A DNA stretch of 64,000 nt from Bacteroidales bacterium (GCA_031286165.1 JAITUU010000019.1:6730-70729), one strand, 5' to 3'. Positions 31,688 through 40,434 are shown, counted from the first letter of the stretch. Numbers and translations: made by a program. Notes: a model not told the origin generated them from the letters alone.

Positions 31688-32878
31688 ATGCCCACACCTC
31701 AAAAAAATCAAGAGCGCGGCGCAATAGTGAGTGATTTGTACGGCTACACTCCTGCCGTACTCAAAGAATATGCCGACTATTGGTGCATAGAATACTATGT
31801 GAAGCATCCGGTAACGCACAAACTTACGCGCCGGAGAGAAAAAGTAAGCGCTTATAGAACGCGCTACGGCGTGCGCGAGGCACGGAATTTACTGCGAGTG
31901 GCAGTTAGCCGCTTGAATTTAAAATTGTCGCAAGGCTGGAATCCGTATTTTGTGCATGAAGACGGTCGCCTACTTGAACCGCTGCACATGGTTATACATA
32001 AATTTTTGGCGGAAAAAGAACGCGATTTACGCCCGAATACACTGCGTTCATACAAAAGCATGGTAGGCAAAGAACTGCGCGAATGGGCGCAAAAGAATTA
32101 TCCCACAATTACCGCTTCCACATTTACACGAAATATTGCCGTGCGCTATATGGATTTTATTCTGGCAAAAGGAGTGAGTAATACTTCATACAACAATACA
32201 AAAAAAATGATGAGTGCCTTTTTTAGTTGGTGCGTGGAAAAATGCTACGCAAAAGAAAATCCGTTTGCGCACATAAAACCAAAGAGAAAAGAACAAAAAC
32301 GCCGCATATTGGTTCCTGCCGAAGTACGAGAGCAAATTACCACTTATTTACAAGAAAACAAAAATATTGGTATGCAAATAGCCGTAAATTTGGTGTATCA
32401 AAGTCTTTTGCGCCCCAAAGAAATAAATGAAATTCAACTCAAACACATTCATTTGAGCGACAAATATATACTTGTGCCGGCTACGGTGGCAAAAAATCAC
32501 AACGAACGAAAAGCAACACTGAGCGATGCCACAATAGAACTACTGCAAAGATTGAAGATTGAAACATTACCGAAGGAATATTACTTACTCGGCGGCAATT
32601 CCAACCAACAAAGTTTACTGCCCCACGCTATACAATCGAATACGCAACGAATTTCTAAAAATTGGGATAGCATGCGAAAAAAACTAAATTTTCCCAAAGA
32701 AATGCAACTATACAGTTTGCGCGATACCGGCATAACCGATTTGCTCAAAAAAGGAATAGACCCACTTACGGTAATGCAGCACGCCGACCACCATTCGCTG
32801 GAAATGACCACAAAATACGCAAAACATATTGATACGGGATTGGTGCAGAAGATGAATAAAGTACTGCCGGATTTCTAA
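31688..32878 (+). CDS. Tyrosine recombinase/integrase
   Basis: Catalytic R (LLRPKEI), K (AKNH), YSLRDTG, ADHHS, TTKY; lies ~110 bp from attL. Confidence 0.92.
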   Translation: MPTPQKNQERGAIVSDLYGYTPAVLKEYADYWCIEYYVKHPVTHKLTRRREKVSAYRTRYGVREARNLLRVAVSRLNLKLSQGWNPYFVHEDGRLLEPLHMVIHKFLAEKERDLRPNTLRSYKSMVGKELREWAQKNYPTITASTFTRNIAVRYMDFILAKGVSNTSYNNTKKMMSAFFSWCVEKCYAKENPFAHIKPKRKEQKRRILVPAEVREQITTYLQENKNIGMQIAVNLVYQSLLRPKEINEIQLKHIHLSDKYILVPATVAKNHNERKATLSDATIELLQRLKIETLPKEYYLLGGNSNQQSLLPHAIQSNTQRISKNWDSMRKKLNFPKEMQLYSLRDTGITDLLKKGIDPLTVMQHADHHSLEMTTKYAKHIDTGLVQKMNKVLPDF

Positions 32879-32927
32879 AAAAAAACGGAATAGTTCTCGA
32901 AAAACTATTCCGGGTATTCATACTCTT

Positions 32928-33467
32928 TTACCATATTCTTATACTAACTCCGGCTCCTATAATAGATGTTGATGCAATACAAAAAAACATATATCGCTGA
33001 TTTTCAGCACTTGCAAAAACTGCGGGAGCGAACACACTCTGCGAGTATAATCCACCAGCACCAAATCCATATCGCCACCTGTGCAGCGGTTGTATTTCTT
33101 TGGTAATTATGGTAGTGCGCTTATAACTTTCGCCGTGCCACGAGCGCGAAATAATTTGATTGGCAAGCACGCTATCGGTAAGAAACACCACAAAACAACT
33201 ATCACGCAGCGTGTCGGCATACACGCGCAGTTGCTTGTATGTGGCTATTATTCGCTCCGTGTCGGTTGCGGTAGCAAGTGCAATGGTATCTACCATGCGC
33301 AGGGTTCTATACGCAGGTACATAACACGTATCGCGCACCGTAATAGTATCTATACGAGTTACTGTGCGTGTTTCTATGGTGTTTTTTGGTGTACACACAT
33401 GAAACACACATAACATACTCGCCACGCCAATAGCAAAAGCCCCAATGATTTTCAAAAATGTTTCCAT
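32928..33467 (-). CDS. Membrane-anchored beta-rich protein, possibly spanin-like lysis accessory protein
   Basis: N-terminal TM, TRIDTITVRDT-type repeats, C-terminal beta strands with GFGAGG; last gene of the late operon. Confidence 0.4.
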   Translation of the reverse strand: METFLKIIGAFAIGVASMLCVFHVCTPKNTIETRTVTRIDTITVRDTCYVPAYRTLRMVDTIALATATDTERIIATYKQLRVYADTLRDSCFVVFLTDSVLANQIISRSWHGESYKRTTIITKEIQPLHRWRYGFGAGGLYSQSVFAPAVFASAENQRYMFFCIASTSIIGAGVSIRIW

Positions 33468-33487
33468 CGTTTTTCGTTTTAGTGCAT

Positions 33488-33523
33488 AAAAAAACCGGTA
33501 CAGTTCGTATTGAATTATACCGG
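33488..33523 (-). terminator. Intrinsic terminator of cassette A (homolog at 50110-50144; inverted homolog at 52503-52537)
   Basis: Minus strand CCGGTATAATTC-AATAC-GAACTGTACCGG followed by T7. Confidence 0.75.
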
Positions 33524-33551
33524 TTCTGTGGGTGAGTGGAGAGAAAAAAAC

Positions 33552-33950
33552 TTATTCTTTGTAGTGTTTTGCAGCCCAATCAATAATCATTTTTCCTTGT
33601 TCTAAACTTGCTCTCACAATTTTATAATTGGGATTACCATCGTACCCCAACGCTTTGTGCAAACTTTCGTATGCTCCCAACAATGGAAAATTCATTTTAC
33701 GGTCTTTTTTTGCAACCGCATTTTGATAATCTTTAAAATCAGGTCTTTGCCCTTTTTTGAGATTTTTACGTACATCGGTGGCAGCATCAAGAGCCACAAG
33801 AACTCCGTTCCATGCTGTATTTCCTGCCATTTTCACATACTTAGGGTCGGTGTAATAATCACCGTCTTTTTCTGCTTTTTCGGAAAGTATCTGCTTTGCA
33901 TTTTCCAAATAGCGTTCCGCTTCTTTAATCGGGTGCTTTTGTATTGCCAT
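33552..33950 (-). CDS. DUF5618-family small helical protein (cargo gene with own promoter and terminator)
   Basis: AERYLENAKQIL...YYTDPKYVKMAGNTAWNGVLVALD...LHKALGYDG. Confidence 0.7.
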   Translation of the reverse strand: MAIQKHPIKEAERYLENAKQILSEKAEKDGDYYTDPKYVKMAGNTAWNGVLVALDAATDVRKNLKKGQRPDFKDYQNAVAKKDRKMNFPLLGAYESLHKALGYDGNPNYKIVRASLEQGKMIIDWAAKHYKE

Positions 33951-33975
33951 AGTCGTATGATTTTAAATTCCTTTG

Positions 33976-34045
33976 TGCAAATATACAACGAAAAACGTAA
34001 AAACAATATTTCTTTTTCGGTACAATTCAATATGTCAACGAACTC
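33976..34045 (-). promoter_or_regulatory. Cassette A promoter block, homologous to 50759-50829
   Basis: Minus strand TATATTTG (Bacteroidota -7 TAnnTTTG) at 33978-33985; ~70 bp near-identical to the cassette C flank. Confidence 0.7.
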
Positions 34046-34108
34046 TTTTTTTTGTAAACAACCTATTTTACTTCCGGAAACCACAGCGTATAATCGTGGG
34101 CGTGTCCA

Positions 34109-34450
34109 TTATTTTTTGAATTTTTTATACGCCACTACTCCGCCACCAACGATTGCAACTATTACAAGTACAATCCACCATGGAAAACAAAATTTCACAT
34201 TTTCGGCAGGAATTTCAAGTAAACTCGTAACCGGTTCGTTTTTCACACTATCGGTAATTTTTATAGATTGCTTTGTGGGGTCTATAATCAATACTTGTTT
34301 GTCGCCTTTGGTTTTCATATCGCCCACAATTTTTTCCCCTTCGGGAATACTTGCGGTAATTTCCTTACTCACGTATGCGCTTGCTTTGTACGTATCGAAC
34401 GCTACCGATGTGGCTTTGGTTACTTTATACGTTTTAAAAAGATTTTTCAT
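34109..34450 (-). CDS. Tail-anchored membrane protein, putative virion protein
   Basis: C-terminal TM PWWIVLVIVAIVGGGVVAY + KKFKK. Confidence 0.65.
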   Translation of the reverse strand: MKNLFKTYKVTKATSVAFDTYKASAYVSKEITASIPEGEKIVGDMKTKGDKQVLIIDPTKQSIKITDSVKNEPVTSLLEIPAENVKFCFPWWIVLVIVAIVGGGVVAYKKFKK

Positions 34451-34465
34451 AATTGATTGTTGTTT

Positions 34466-35191
34466 TTATTTATTGTAATACATTGATTTTTTGAATGTTT
34501 CATAATACAGTTTCGATATATATTTATCGTACTGTGCTCTTTTATTTGCTCCCTGCCAATGCAAAAAACTCGCAGGCTTCAATTCCGTAACTTCCAAACC
34601 ATAGAACTGTACAATTTGGCTCAAATTAAATTCCTCAACTCCCACCAAATAACCCATAGTTTCAGTGTTTCGCGGTGCTTTTTGGCAGTATGTGCGTGCA
34701 AAATCAAAAACTTCCTTCCATACAAAATAAGCACCTGTGCTGCCAAGTAAGCCGCTGCATATCAATTTTGCCGGAATGGTATCGGTTTTGGGTAATATGG
34801 CGCAGTCTTTAAACGCTTGCACGTAGGTATAATCGCGCTCCTGTTCGGTTATAATATGTCCGCTTTCGGGTATCCGGAACTCGGTGTGAAAATAGGTGTC
34901 GAAATCCACGTGTAAAAACGCTTCGCTTTGCAAACTATATACATAGAGTTTTCCAAAATTCCAATATGCCATATTGTGCGGAAACTGCATAAAATCCACC
35001 ACGTGTACCACATCGAAAGACACGCAGAAATTACTGCCACGAAATACATCGGCACAGTACGTATCGGTGTAGAGTTCTACCCGGTATCCGCAGTTTTTCA
35101 TACTTTGTACACTCAGTTCCGCCATGCGCAGCCACCATGCACAGGGTATGTTTTTTCCACCGTAGGAATTAAAGGAGTATATTACTTTCAT
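34466..35191 (-). CDS. DUF6734-like / GT-A-type glycosyltransferase-like protein
   Basis: WNFGKLYVYSLQSEAFLHVDFD (DxD), EEFNL, FLHWQG. Confidence 0.5.
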   Translation of the reverse strand: MKVIYSFNSYGGKNIPCAWWLRMAELSVQSMKNCGYRVELYTDTYCADVFRGSNFCVSFDVVHVVDFMQFPHNMAYWNFGKLYVYSLQSEAFLHVDFDTYFHTEFRIPESGHIITEQERDYTYVQAFKDCAILPKTDTIPAKLICSGLLGSTGAYFVWKEVFDFARTYCQKAPRNTETMGYLVGVEEFNLSQIVQFYGLEVTELKPASFLHWQGANKRAQYDKYISKLYYETFKKSMYYNK

Positions 35192-35206
35192 GCTTTACTT
35201 ATTTTA

Positions 35207-35503
35207 TTATTTGTATTTTATGCGGTGTTCGCAATTCATATTTTTGCAGGCTTTGCCTTTGAAAAATTGCACTTCTTTTTCAATCTCTTCTATGCGTATT
35301 TCCCACTTTTTGTCGCGTGCTATCATTTCGTTGCGCAGGCTTTCGAGGGCGTATTGATAGGTTTCGGCAATGGTTTTGTAGGTTTCGTTTATGGCACGCT
35401 CGGTTTCGGCTTTTTGCTTGCGCATACCAAAAAAGTAACTTACCACTCCGCTCGCCGCTGCCGTTGCGCCCAAAACTCCTATATGTACTTCTTCAAAAGT
35501 CAT
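35207..35503 (-). CDS. Holin-like protein (N-terminal TM + coiled coil)
   Basis: TM IGVLGATAAASGVVSYFF, coiled coil, C-terminal CxxxxC; late-operon position. Confidence 0.45.
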   Translation of the reverse strand: MTFEEVHIGVLGATAAASGVVSYFFGMRKQKAETERAINETYKTIAETYQYALESLRNEMIARDKKWEIRIEEIEKEVQFFKGKACKNMNCEHRIKYK

Positions 35504-35514
35504 AGTTTGATTTT

Positions 35515-36651
35515 TTAGAAAATTCGTATGTACGGCACGTCAAATTGTTGCACAGTGCCGGGAAATGATTGGGCGATATATGATTGTAAGTTCATTGTAC
35601 CGCCGCCGTATGCCGTTGGTGGTGCAATTTCACTACCGGCAATAACGGTTTGCAGTACATTCGTGGAATTGGGAATTTCGCTTTTTATGCGTTTTGCAGC
35701 CAAGTATCGTGCGCTTGTGTGGTCTATAAACAGTACGGCATAGTATTTTTGCTCGGCATACAATAAAACTTCGTCTTCAAAATCGGCAGTAATAGCGCAC
35801 GGTTCGCTACGAGAAAGATAACCAATAAGCGTTTTGCGAACAAAAGTCATGTTCCAATCGTAAATCGCCACACGAAAGTTACCGCCGGTGTGATTTGTTT
35901 GTACGCAAATTTGCGCTTGTTTCACGGTAGTATCTACGGCAGGAATTACCATAACACCCACAAAACCGGGATTAAAATTTTGTGCACCCTCGCACAGTGC
36001 AAAGGGAAAACTTTCGATAGGTGCGGAACTGCCATTGCTTATGCAAGTTTGCTCACCACCAAGCGAAATAGTTTTTATTTTGTTCCATGTACGCACTTTG
36101 ATTTTTGGCGTTTCACCGTCCATAAAGAGCGACATTGTTTCTTCCATGAGATTATCATCGTCCGTTTCTTTCGCACTGTGAATAAAAGATTGCCCGGTAA
36201 GAAAATAATGATTGTCTGCATTAATTCTCAAATTAATAGCATTGGCGGAACCCTGCTCAGAAAATGTTCCGTTGTAATTTTTATACAAACAATTTCGGTC
36301 GGTAAGGCGGAAAAATTGAAAAGGATACCCGTATGTTCTTTGTTCGTGATTATATACAATCAATTCGTTATTTCTCACTTGCAGTATATCAAAACCGTTT
36401 TCCCGCTTCAAATGCAATCCGTTGCGCGAAATAGAAAGCCATTTTTTATACTCATTTCCCCATTCGTTTGCCTCATATTTCGCAAATTCTTCGGGATTTT
36501 CGCGTTTCAATTCCCCCAATTCTACAATCACATGTCCACTGCCTTCTATGGCAAGCGGTGGTGTGCTATTGTTTTGCGCTGCGGTATCGCCGCCAACAAT
36601 ATCAAGCAAACCGGTTTGCGGATTAATCGTTGTTTCGTAATCAAAACTCAT
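35515..36651 (-). CDS. Putative spike/receptor-binding protein
   Basis: N-terminal INPQTGLLDIVG anchor-like motif, beta-rich body, C-terminal sandwich-like domain (NFRVAIYD, QKYYAVLF). Confidence 0.5.
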   Translation of the reverse strand: MSFDYETTINPQTGLLDIVGGDTAAQNNSTPPLAIEGSGHVIVELGELKRENPEEFAKYEANEWGNEYKKWLSISRNGLHLKRENGFDILQVRNNELIVYNHEQRTYGYPFQFFRLTDRNCLYKNYNGTFSEQGSANAINLRINADNHYFLTGQSFIHSAKETDDDNLMEETMSLFMDGETPKIKVRTWNKIKTISLGGEQTCISNGSSAPIESFPFALCEGAQNFNPGFVGVMVIPAVDTTVKQAQICVQTNHTGGNFRVAIYDWNMTFVRKTLIGYLSRSEPCAITADFEDEVLLYAEQKYYAVLFIDHTSARYLAAKRIKSEIPNSTNVLQTVIAGSEIAPPTAYGGGTMNLQSYIAQSFPGTVQQFDVPYIRIF

Positions 36652-36653
36652 GG

Positions 36654-36923
36654 CTATACGGTTTTTAGTGCATATTCATACTGTTCGCGTTGCGCCCAAT
36701 CGAAATCAAACATACCGAAGCCGACCCATTCAGTACGATATGTTACGCTGCGCGTATTGGAAAACACTATTTTTTTTACGCGCTCAATGCGGCACTTCGT
36801 AGCATCGGTATTTTTTGGAAATCCGAAATACCACGTAGTTCCACCTTCATTCACATTCACCACTTCATGTACCAATGGTGCTTTCATGCAATTTGTTATT
36901 AGTTCCGAAGAATATTCATTCAT
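36654..36923 (-). CDS. Small virion protein, putative spike adaptor
   Basis: WYFG...CRIERV...FDFDWAQREQYEY pattern, immediately upstream of the spike gene. Confidence 0.4.
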   Translation of the reverse strand: MNEYSSELITNCMKAPLVHEVVNVNEGGTTWYFGFPKNTDATKCRIERVKKIVFSNTRSVTYRTEWVGFGMFDFDWAQREQYEYALKTV

Positions 36924-36940
36924 AGTATGCAGGCTTTAAA

Positions 36941-37549
36941 TTATGCAAGTGTGTAGCCTTTTTGTGCTACCCATTTGGTAATATAGTTTTTAAAAGAACC
37001 TACGGTAATAGCACCGGTAGCATCTTGGAATATTGCATTTTGCTGTGCTACTTTACTGCCGGGCGCAGCTATTATGTAACTTTCGGCTTTGCCCATTGCT
37101 GCAGGGTAGAATACTGCCAAATACACATCGGTAAAGCAATTCATTTTACCTTTATAGGTATTCAGGTATTTATACACGTAATCCAACTGTTGCACATTGG
37201 TCATGGCGCATAGTGCATCGCAGGTGGTGCCAAGTGCATTTGCTGTTTTGGGCATAAATTGAATCAATCCGGTGGCTCCACCTGTGGGATTCACAGCGCG
37301 GTGGTTCAATCGGCTTTCCATAGCCATTACCGCCATAAGCCAATCACCTTTAATGCCCAAAGAACCACAAATAGAGTGCACTTTTTGCAAAAAAGCCTCT
37401 TTGTTTTCGGTAACGTAGTTTTCAAAAATCATGACTGTATGTTTTATTGTTTTGCGAAATACACACACGAGCAAAACCAATAACGCTGCGCATAGAGCAA
37501 CGGCGGTTATAAGCAGTTTCTTTTCGCCTATCGGTATTTTTAGGTTCAT
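36941..37549 (-). CDS. Lytic transglycosylase (SLT/lysozyme-like) with N-terminal TM
   Basis: WLMAVMAMES (catalytic Glu), GATGLIQFMPKTA, QLDYVYKY, YLAVFYP. Confidence 0.85.
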   Translation of the reverse strand: MNLKIPIGEKKLLITAVALCAALLVLLVCVFRKTIKHTVMIFENYVTENKEAFLQKVHSICGSLGIKGDWLMAVMAMESRLNHRAVNPTGGATGLIQFMPKTANALGTTCDALCAMTNVQQLDYVYKYLNTYKGKMNCFTDVYLAVFYPAAMGKAESYIIAAPGSKVAQQNAIFQDATGAITVGSFKNYITKWVAQKGYTLA

Positions 37550-37707
37550 TACTGTATCATTTTATTGCCCACAATGAGAATAACACCCACCAAAAGCAAG
37601 GCACCGGCAAGCATACAAATACTTGTTGTTTCTATTGCTACCGGTACTTCGGGCAGCCGACCGTCTTTGATGTCGGCTACTAATTTTGAGTTTAAAAGGT
37701 CATTCAT
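37549..37707 (-). CDS. 52-aa membrane protein missed by the ORF track
   Basis: MNDLLNSKLVADIKDGRLPEVPVAIETTSICMLAGALLLVGVILIVGNKMIQ*; fills the gap exactly, with TAATG coupling to the transglycosylase. Confidence 0.7.
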   Translation of the reverse strand: MNDLLNSKLVADIKDGRLPEVPVAIETTSICMLAGALLLVGVILIVGNKMIQ

Positions 37708-37708
37708 G

Positions 37709-38032
37709 TTATTTTACGTATTGGTCAAATTGTGCTTTGGTAAATTCTTTGGTATTGTAATATTTCACAAGTGCCGCTTCGGTAAGTGGTCCAAAATCAC
37801 CATCAACAACCAAACTCGCTCCTTTACTATTCAAGTGCGTTTGCAATTTTGACACGTTGTCGCTATTCATTACTCCGTTTTTAAGCGGAAAATCGTTGGC
37901 GGTGGAAGAAGAAGTTCCTATACCGGGCACTCTGCTTTGCCCTTGTGATTTTTTACCTTGCACTATAATAATTGCCGCTACTATGGCTGCAATTACTACT
38001 GCTATCAAAATATATTTCGTTGTTTTTGTCAT
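37709..38032 (-). CDS. Membrane-anchored peptidoglycan-binding domain protein
   Basis: N-terminal TM; VSKLQTHLN...LVVDGDFGPLTEAAL (PG_binding_1 motif). Confidence 0.8.
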   Translation of the reverse strand: MTKTTKYILIAVVIAAIVAAIIIVQGKKSQGQSRVPGIGTSSSTANDFPLKNGVMNSDNVSKLQTHLNSKGASLVVDGDFGPLTEAALVKYYNTKEFTKAQFDQYVK

Positions 38033-38044
38033 AATTGAAAGTTT

Positions 38045-38494
38045 TTAAAGTGATACGTTTATTGATTTTAAAATAAAATTGAGTTCTTGCATTTCGCCGC
38101 TACTGAGTTCGGTGGGGAGTAGTTCCGGTAGGTTGCCTTTGTAATTACCCACAAAGAATAAACCTGAATTGACTTCTTTAATGCCAAACACATCTACCAA
38201 GCGCAGCCAATCCGATTTTGTTTTCATTTTTCGGGCTACATTGTAAATTGCCTCTACATTAGTACCTATGCCGTCCATAGCGTTAAATATGGTGGCTGCC
38301 ATATCGCGGTATTCAACATCGGAATAACTGAGGTCATTTTTATTAATTTCGCTTTTGCGCTCGCTCTCACGATTTTTTGAGAGAAACCATTCCTGAATTT
38401 TTGGTTTCAGAAACGTATATCCTACGTATGCCACTATTACTACAATAGTTACGAGAATGATTTTTTGCAATCGAGGGTCTAAATTTTTTAACAT
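38045..38494 (-). CDS. Membrane-anchored protein with a single annexin-like repeat
   Basis: N-terminal TM; MAATIFNAMDGIGTNVEAIYNV...LPELLPTELSSGE resembles annexin AxxLxxAMKGxGTDE...LxSELSG. Confidence 0.55.
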   Translation of the reverse strand: MLKNLDPRLQKIILVTIVVIVAYVGYTFLKPKIQEWFLSKNRESERKSEINKNDLSYSDVEYRDMAATIFNAMDGIGTNVEAIYNVARKMKTKSDWLRLVDVFGIKEVNSGLFFVGNYKGNLPELLPTELSSGEMQELNFILKSINVSL

Positions 38495-38500
38495 AGTTTT

Positions 38501-38803
38501 TTATTTTTTCATTTTCATAAACACAACACCTCCGCCGATTGCGAGCACTACCACCGCAATAATTATTACAATCATGATAGAATTACTTCCTTCGCTCTTG
38601 TTGTCATTATTATTTCCTCCGGCTCCGGCTTTTGCAAGTAATGCCATTTGCTGTATTTGCATTTCGGCTATTCTTTCATTTGACGCTGCTACCGCTGCAT
38701 TTCCAGCTGCGGTTGTTTTTGCAGCCTTATTATTTGCTATGCCAGCCACTACTGTACTTCCTAAGTCGCCTACACATGATATTATTGGTCCTAAATCAAA
38801 CAT
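38501..38803 (-). CDS. Tail-anchored membrane protein, putative virion protein
   Basis: Amphipathic N-terminus, Ala-rich helix, C-terminal TM VVVLAIGGGVVF + MKMKK. Confidence 0.65.
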   Translation of the reverse strand: MFDLGPIISCVGDLGSTVVAGIANNKAAKTTAAGNAAVAASNERIAEMQIQQMALLAKAGAGGNNNDNKSEGSNSIMIVIIIAVVVLAIGGGVVFMKMKK

Positions 38804-38808
38804 AATTC

Positions 38809-39540
38809 TTAATTTTTAAATTTGTTGTACATATACACTCCTCCAATTCCTATTGCAATAACCGCAACTACTATCACTATCGGCAGCATACTGCTTTGTT
38901 GTTGCGTTTTGCTATTGGCTGCAGCATCTCTTAGTGCTGCTTCCTCTTCCAATTTTTTGATATATTGTAGTTCGGCTTTGGTTTGAAGCACACTACTTTC
39001 TACCTCACGTTCGCTTTGTTTCGCCGCTTCTTTTTCTGCGGAGGCAAGTGCTTTGGCTGTTTTGTTTTGCTTTATGCCTTTTACAAGACTGCCGGTAATA
39101 GAAACCGCCGCAGAAACGCCTGCTGTTATCAGTCCTATAAATTCGTGAATATTCGCATTATTCGGAATTTTCGTATCAAACACCTGACGCAGCACCGATG
39201 TATTATCGTTATCGGTAGAAAGTGCCGTTTGTAGCAATTCTTCGCCGCGTGCTATTTGTTGTTTGGTAGTAAATGGCAGACTTTTATAATATGCTTTCAA
39301 AATATCTACCGTATCATCGCCAAGTTCTAAACATCGCCAAAACGCCCATCTATCCGCAAGCATTTCGTTATCTTCGGCAGCGTTCAAATGTCCCAATTCA
39401 TGAGCAATAACAAATTTTTTGCCCATTTCACTGAGTTTATTCCACGCCGCCGGATTTATGTACAGTACGGCAGTATTCAAATCAACCGCTGCCGGTCCGT
39501 TAATCCACGAAACTTCTTGTGTGGAAGAAAATAATTTCAT
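38809..39540 (-). CDS. Zincin-like (HEXXH) metallopeptidase fused to coiled coil and C-terminal TM; start re-called at MKLFSS
   Basis: LYIN...FVIAHELGH...EMLADRWA; C-terminal TM IAIGIGGVYMY + NKFKN. Confidence 0.7.
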   Translation of the reverse strand: MKLFSSTQEVSWINGPAAVDLNTAVLYINPAAWNKLSEMGKKFVIAHELGHLNAAEDNEMLADRWAFWRCLELGDDTVDILKAYYKSLPFTTKQQIARGEELLQTALSTDNDNTSVLRQVFDTKIPNNANIHEFIGLITAGVSAAVSITGSLVKGIKQNKTAKALASAEKEAAKQSEREVESSVLQTKAELQYIKKLEEEAALRDAAANSKTQQQSSMLPIVIVVAVIAIGIGGVYMYNKFKN

Positions 39541-39545
39541 AGTGG

Positions 39546-39716
39546 TTATGATTGTTTCATTACTTGTGATGCTTTTTTCAAGCATATACTCATCTGCACT
39601 TTATGTACTTTTTTTGCCGGAATGGTTTTGTAACCAGCTTTGTTTTGAATGTCCTGAGCAAGTTTCATGAGGCGTTTTGCTCTATTTTGCGCCGCTTTTT
39701 GTTTTAAAGATGCCAT
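39546..39716 (-). CDS. 56-aa basic protein missed by the ORF track, putative DNA-binding core protein
   Basis: MASLKQKAAQNRAKRLMKLAQDIQNKAGYKTIPAKKVHKVQMSICLKKASQVMKQS*; fits the operon spacing. Confidence 0.65.
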   Translation of the reverse strand: MASLKQKAAQNRAKRLMKLAQDIQNKAGYKTIPAKKVHKVQMSICLKKASQVMKQS

Positions 39717-39739
39717 AGTTATACCTTTTTATATTTCAG

Positions 39740-39952
39740 TTAAAACGTTTCGGAAACCCACCAATCGGCACAAACTTGTGTGAGCCATGTGAATTTTCTA
39801 ACTTTTTTGAGTGTTTTTTTCGATTGCAATGCTGCTAATTTTGCAAACAGTTGTTTTTCAGAGTAAGGACCAAATTTGAGATTATTTGCCTCCCCTATTT
39901 CTTTGAGTACAGCCAAAAACTCTTTTTTTCTAATTGATTTCGTTGTTGCCAT
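39740..39952 (-). CDS. 70-aa Lys-rich hypothetical protein
   Basis: ORF in operon orientation; strongly basic. Confidence 0.55.
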   Translation of the reverse strand: MATTKSIRKKEFLAVLKEIGEANNLKFGPYSEKQLFAKLAALQSKKTLKKVRKFTWLTQVCADWWVSETF

Positions 39953-39965
39953 AATTCATGTTATA

Positions 39966-40430
39966 TTATTTTCTCTTTACCGAAGAACTTTTCAGTATCG
40001 TTGGTGCTGCGGTTAGGGCAGCATGATACACACCGTTTTCTTTATTATCCCATAGAAAGTTAGAGTAATTTTTATCTACTGTGAAGGCATATACCGAAGA
40101 ACCGTTTATATAAGAAAGGTGTGTTTGATATATCGCAGTTAATACAGCATCTTCATAACTTGTGTAGCCCCAATTATACCACGGACCGTCCGGATTGAGA
40201 TAGGATATTCGTTTCTTTACTTCTCTCAAACACGATTCGCGCTGTGCCAGCGTCCACAAGCCGTTTGTTAAATCCCACTTACTTGCTACCGAAGCGGTTG
40301 CGGAATTAGAACCCGTACCTGTGGAGTCTTTATTTTCACTTGTTTCGGCAGCATTGCTTTTACCGGCAAATACAAACACCAGCACTATTACCAGCACTAC
40401 TGCAATTCCTATTATTATTTTTTTACTCAT
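39966..40430 (-). CDS. Signal-anchored membrane protein, putative virion protein; start re-called at MSKKIII
   Basis: N-terminal TM IIIGIAVVLVIVLVFVF, Ser/Thr linker, aromatic domain. Confidence 0.65.
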   Translation of the reverse strand: MSKKIIIGIAVVLVIVLVFVFAGKSNAAETSENKDSTGTGSNSATASVASKWDLTNGLWTLAQRESCLREVKKRISYLNPDGPWYNWGYTSYEDAVLTAIYQTHLSYINGSSVYAFTVDKNYSNFLWDNKENGVYHAALTAAPTILKSSSVKRK

Positions 40431-40434
40431 AATT

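Noticed and set aside
31010-31727. Short ORFs at 31010-31372, 31384-31593, 31477-31665 and 31545-31727; also 18922-19131
   Set aside because: They overlap tmRNA or tRNA-Phe.
35515-36651. Diversity-generating retroelement or invertible shufflon acting on the spike
   Set aside because: No reverse transcriptase, no template/variable repeat pair, and no invertase or flanking inverted repeats seen.
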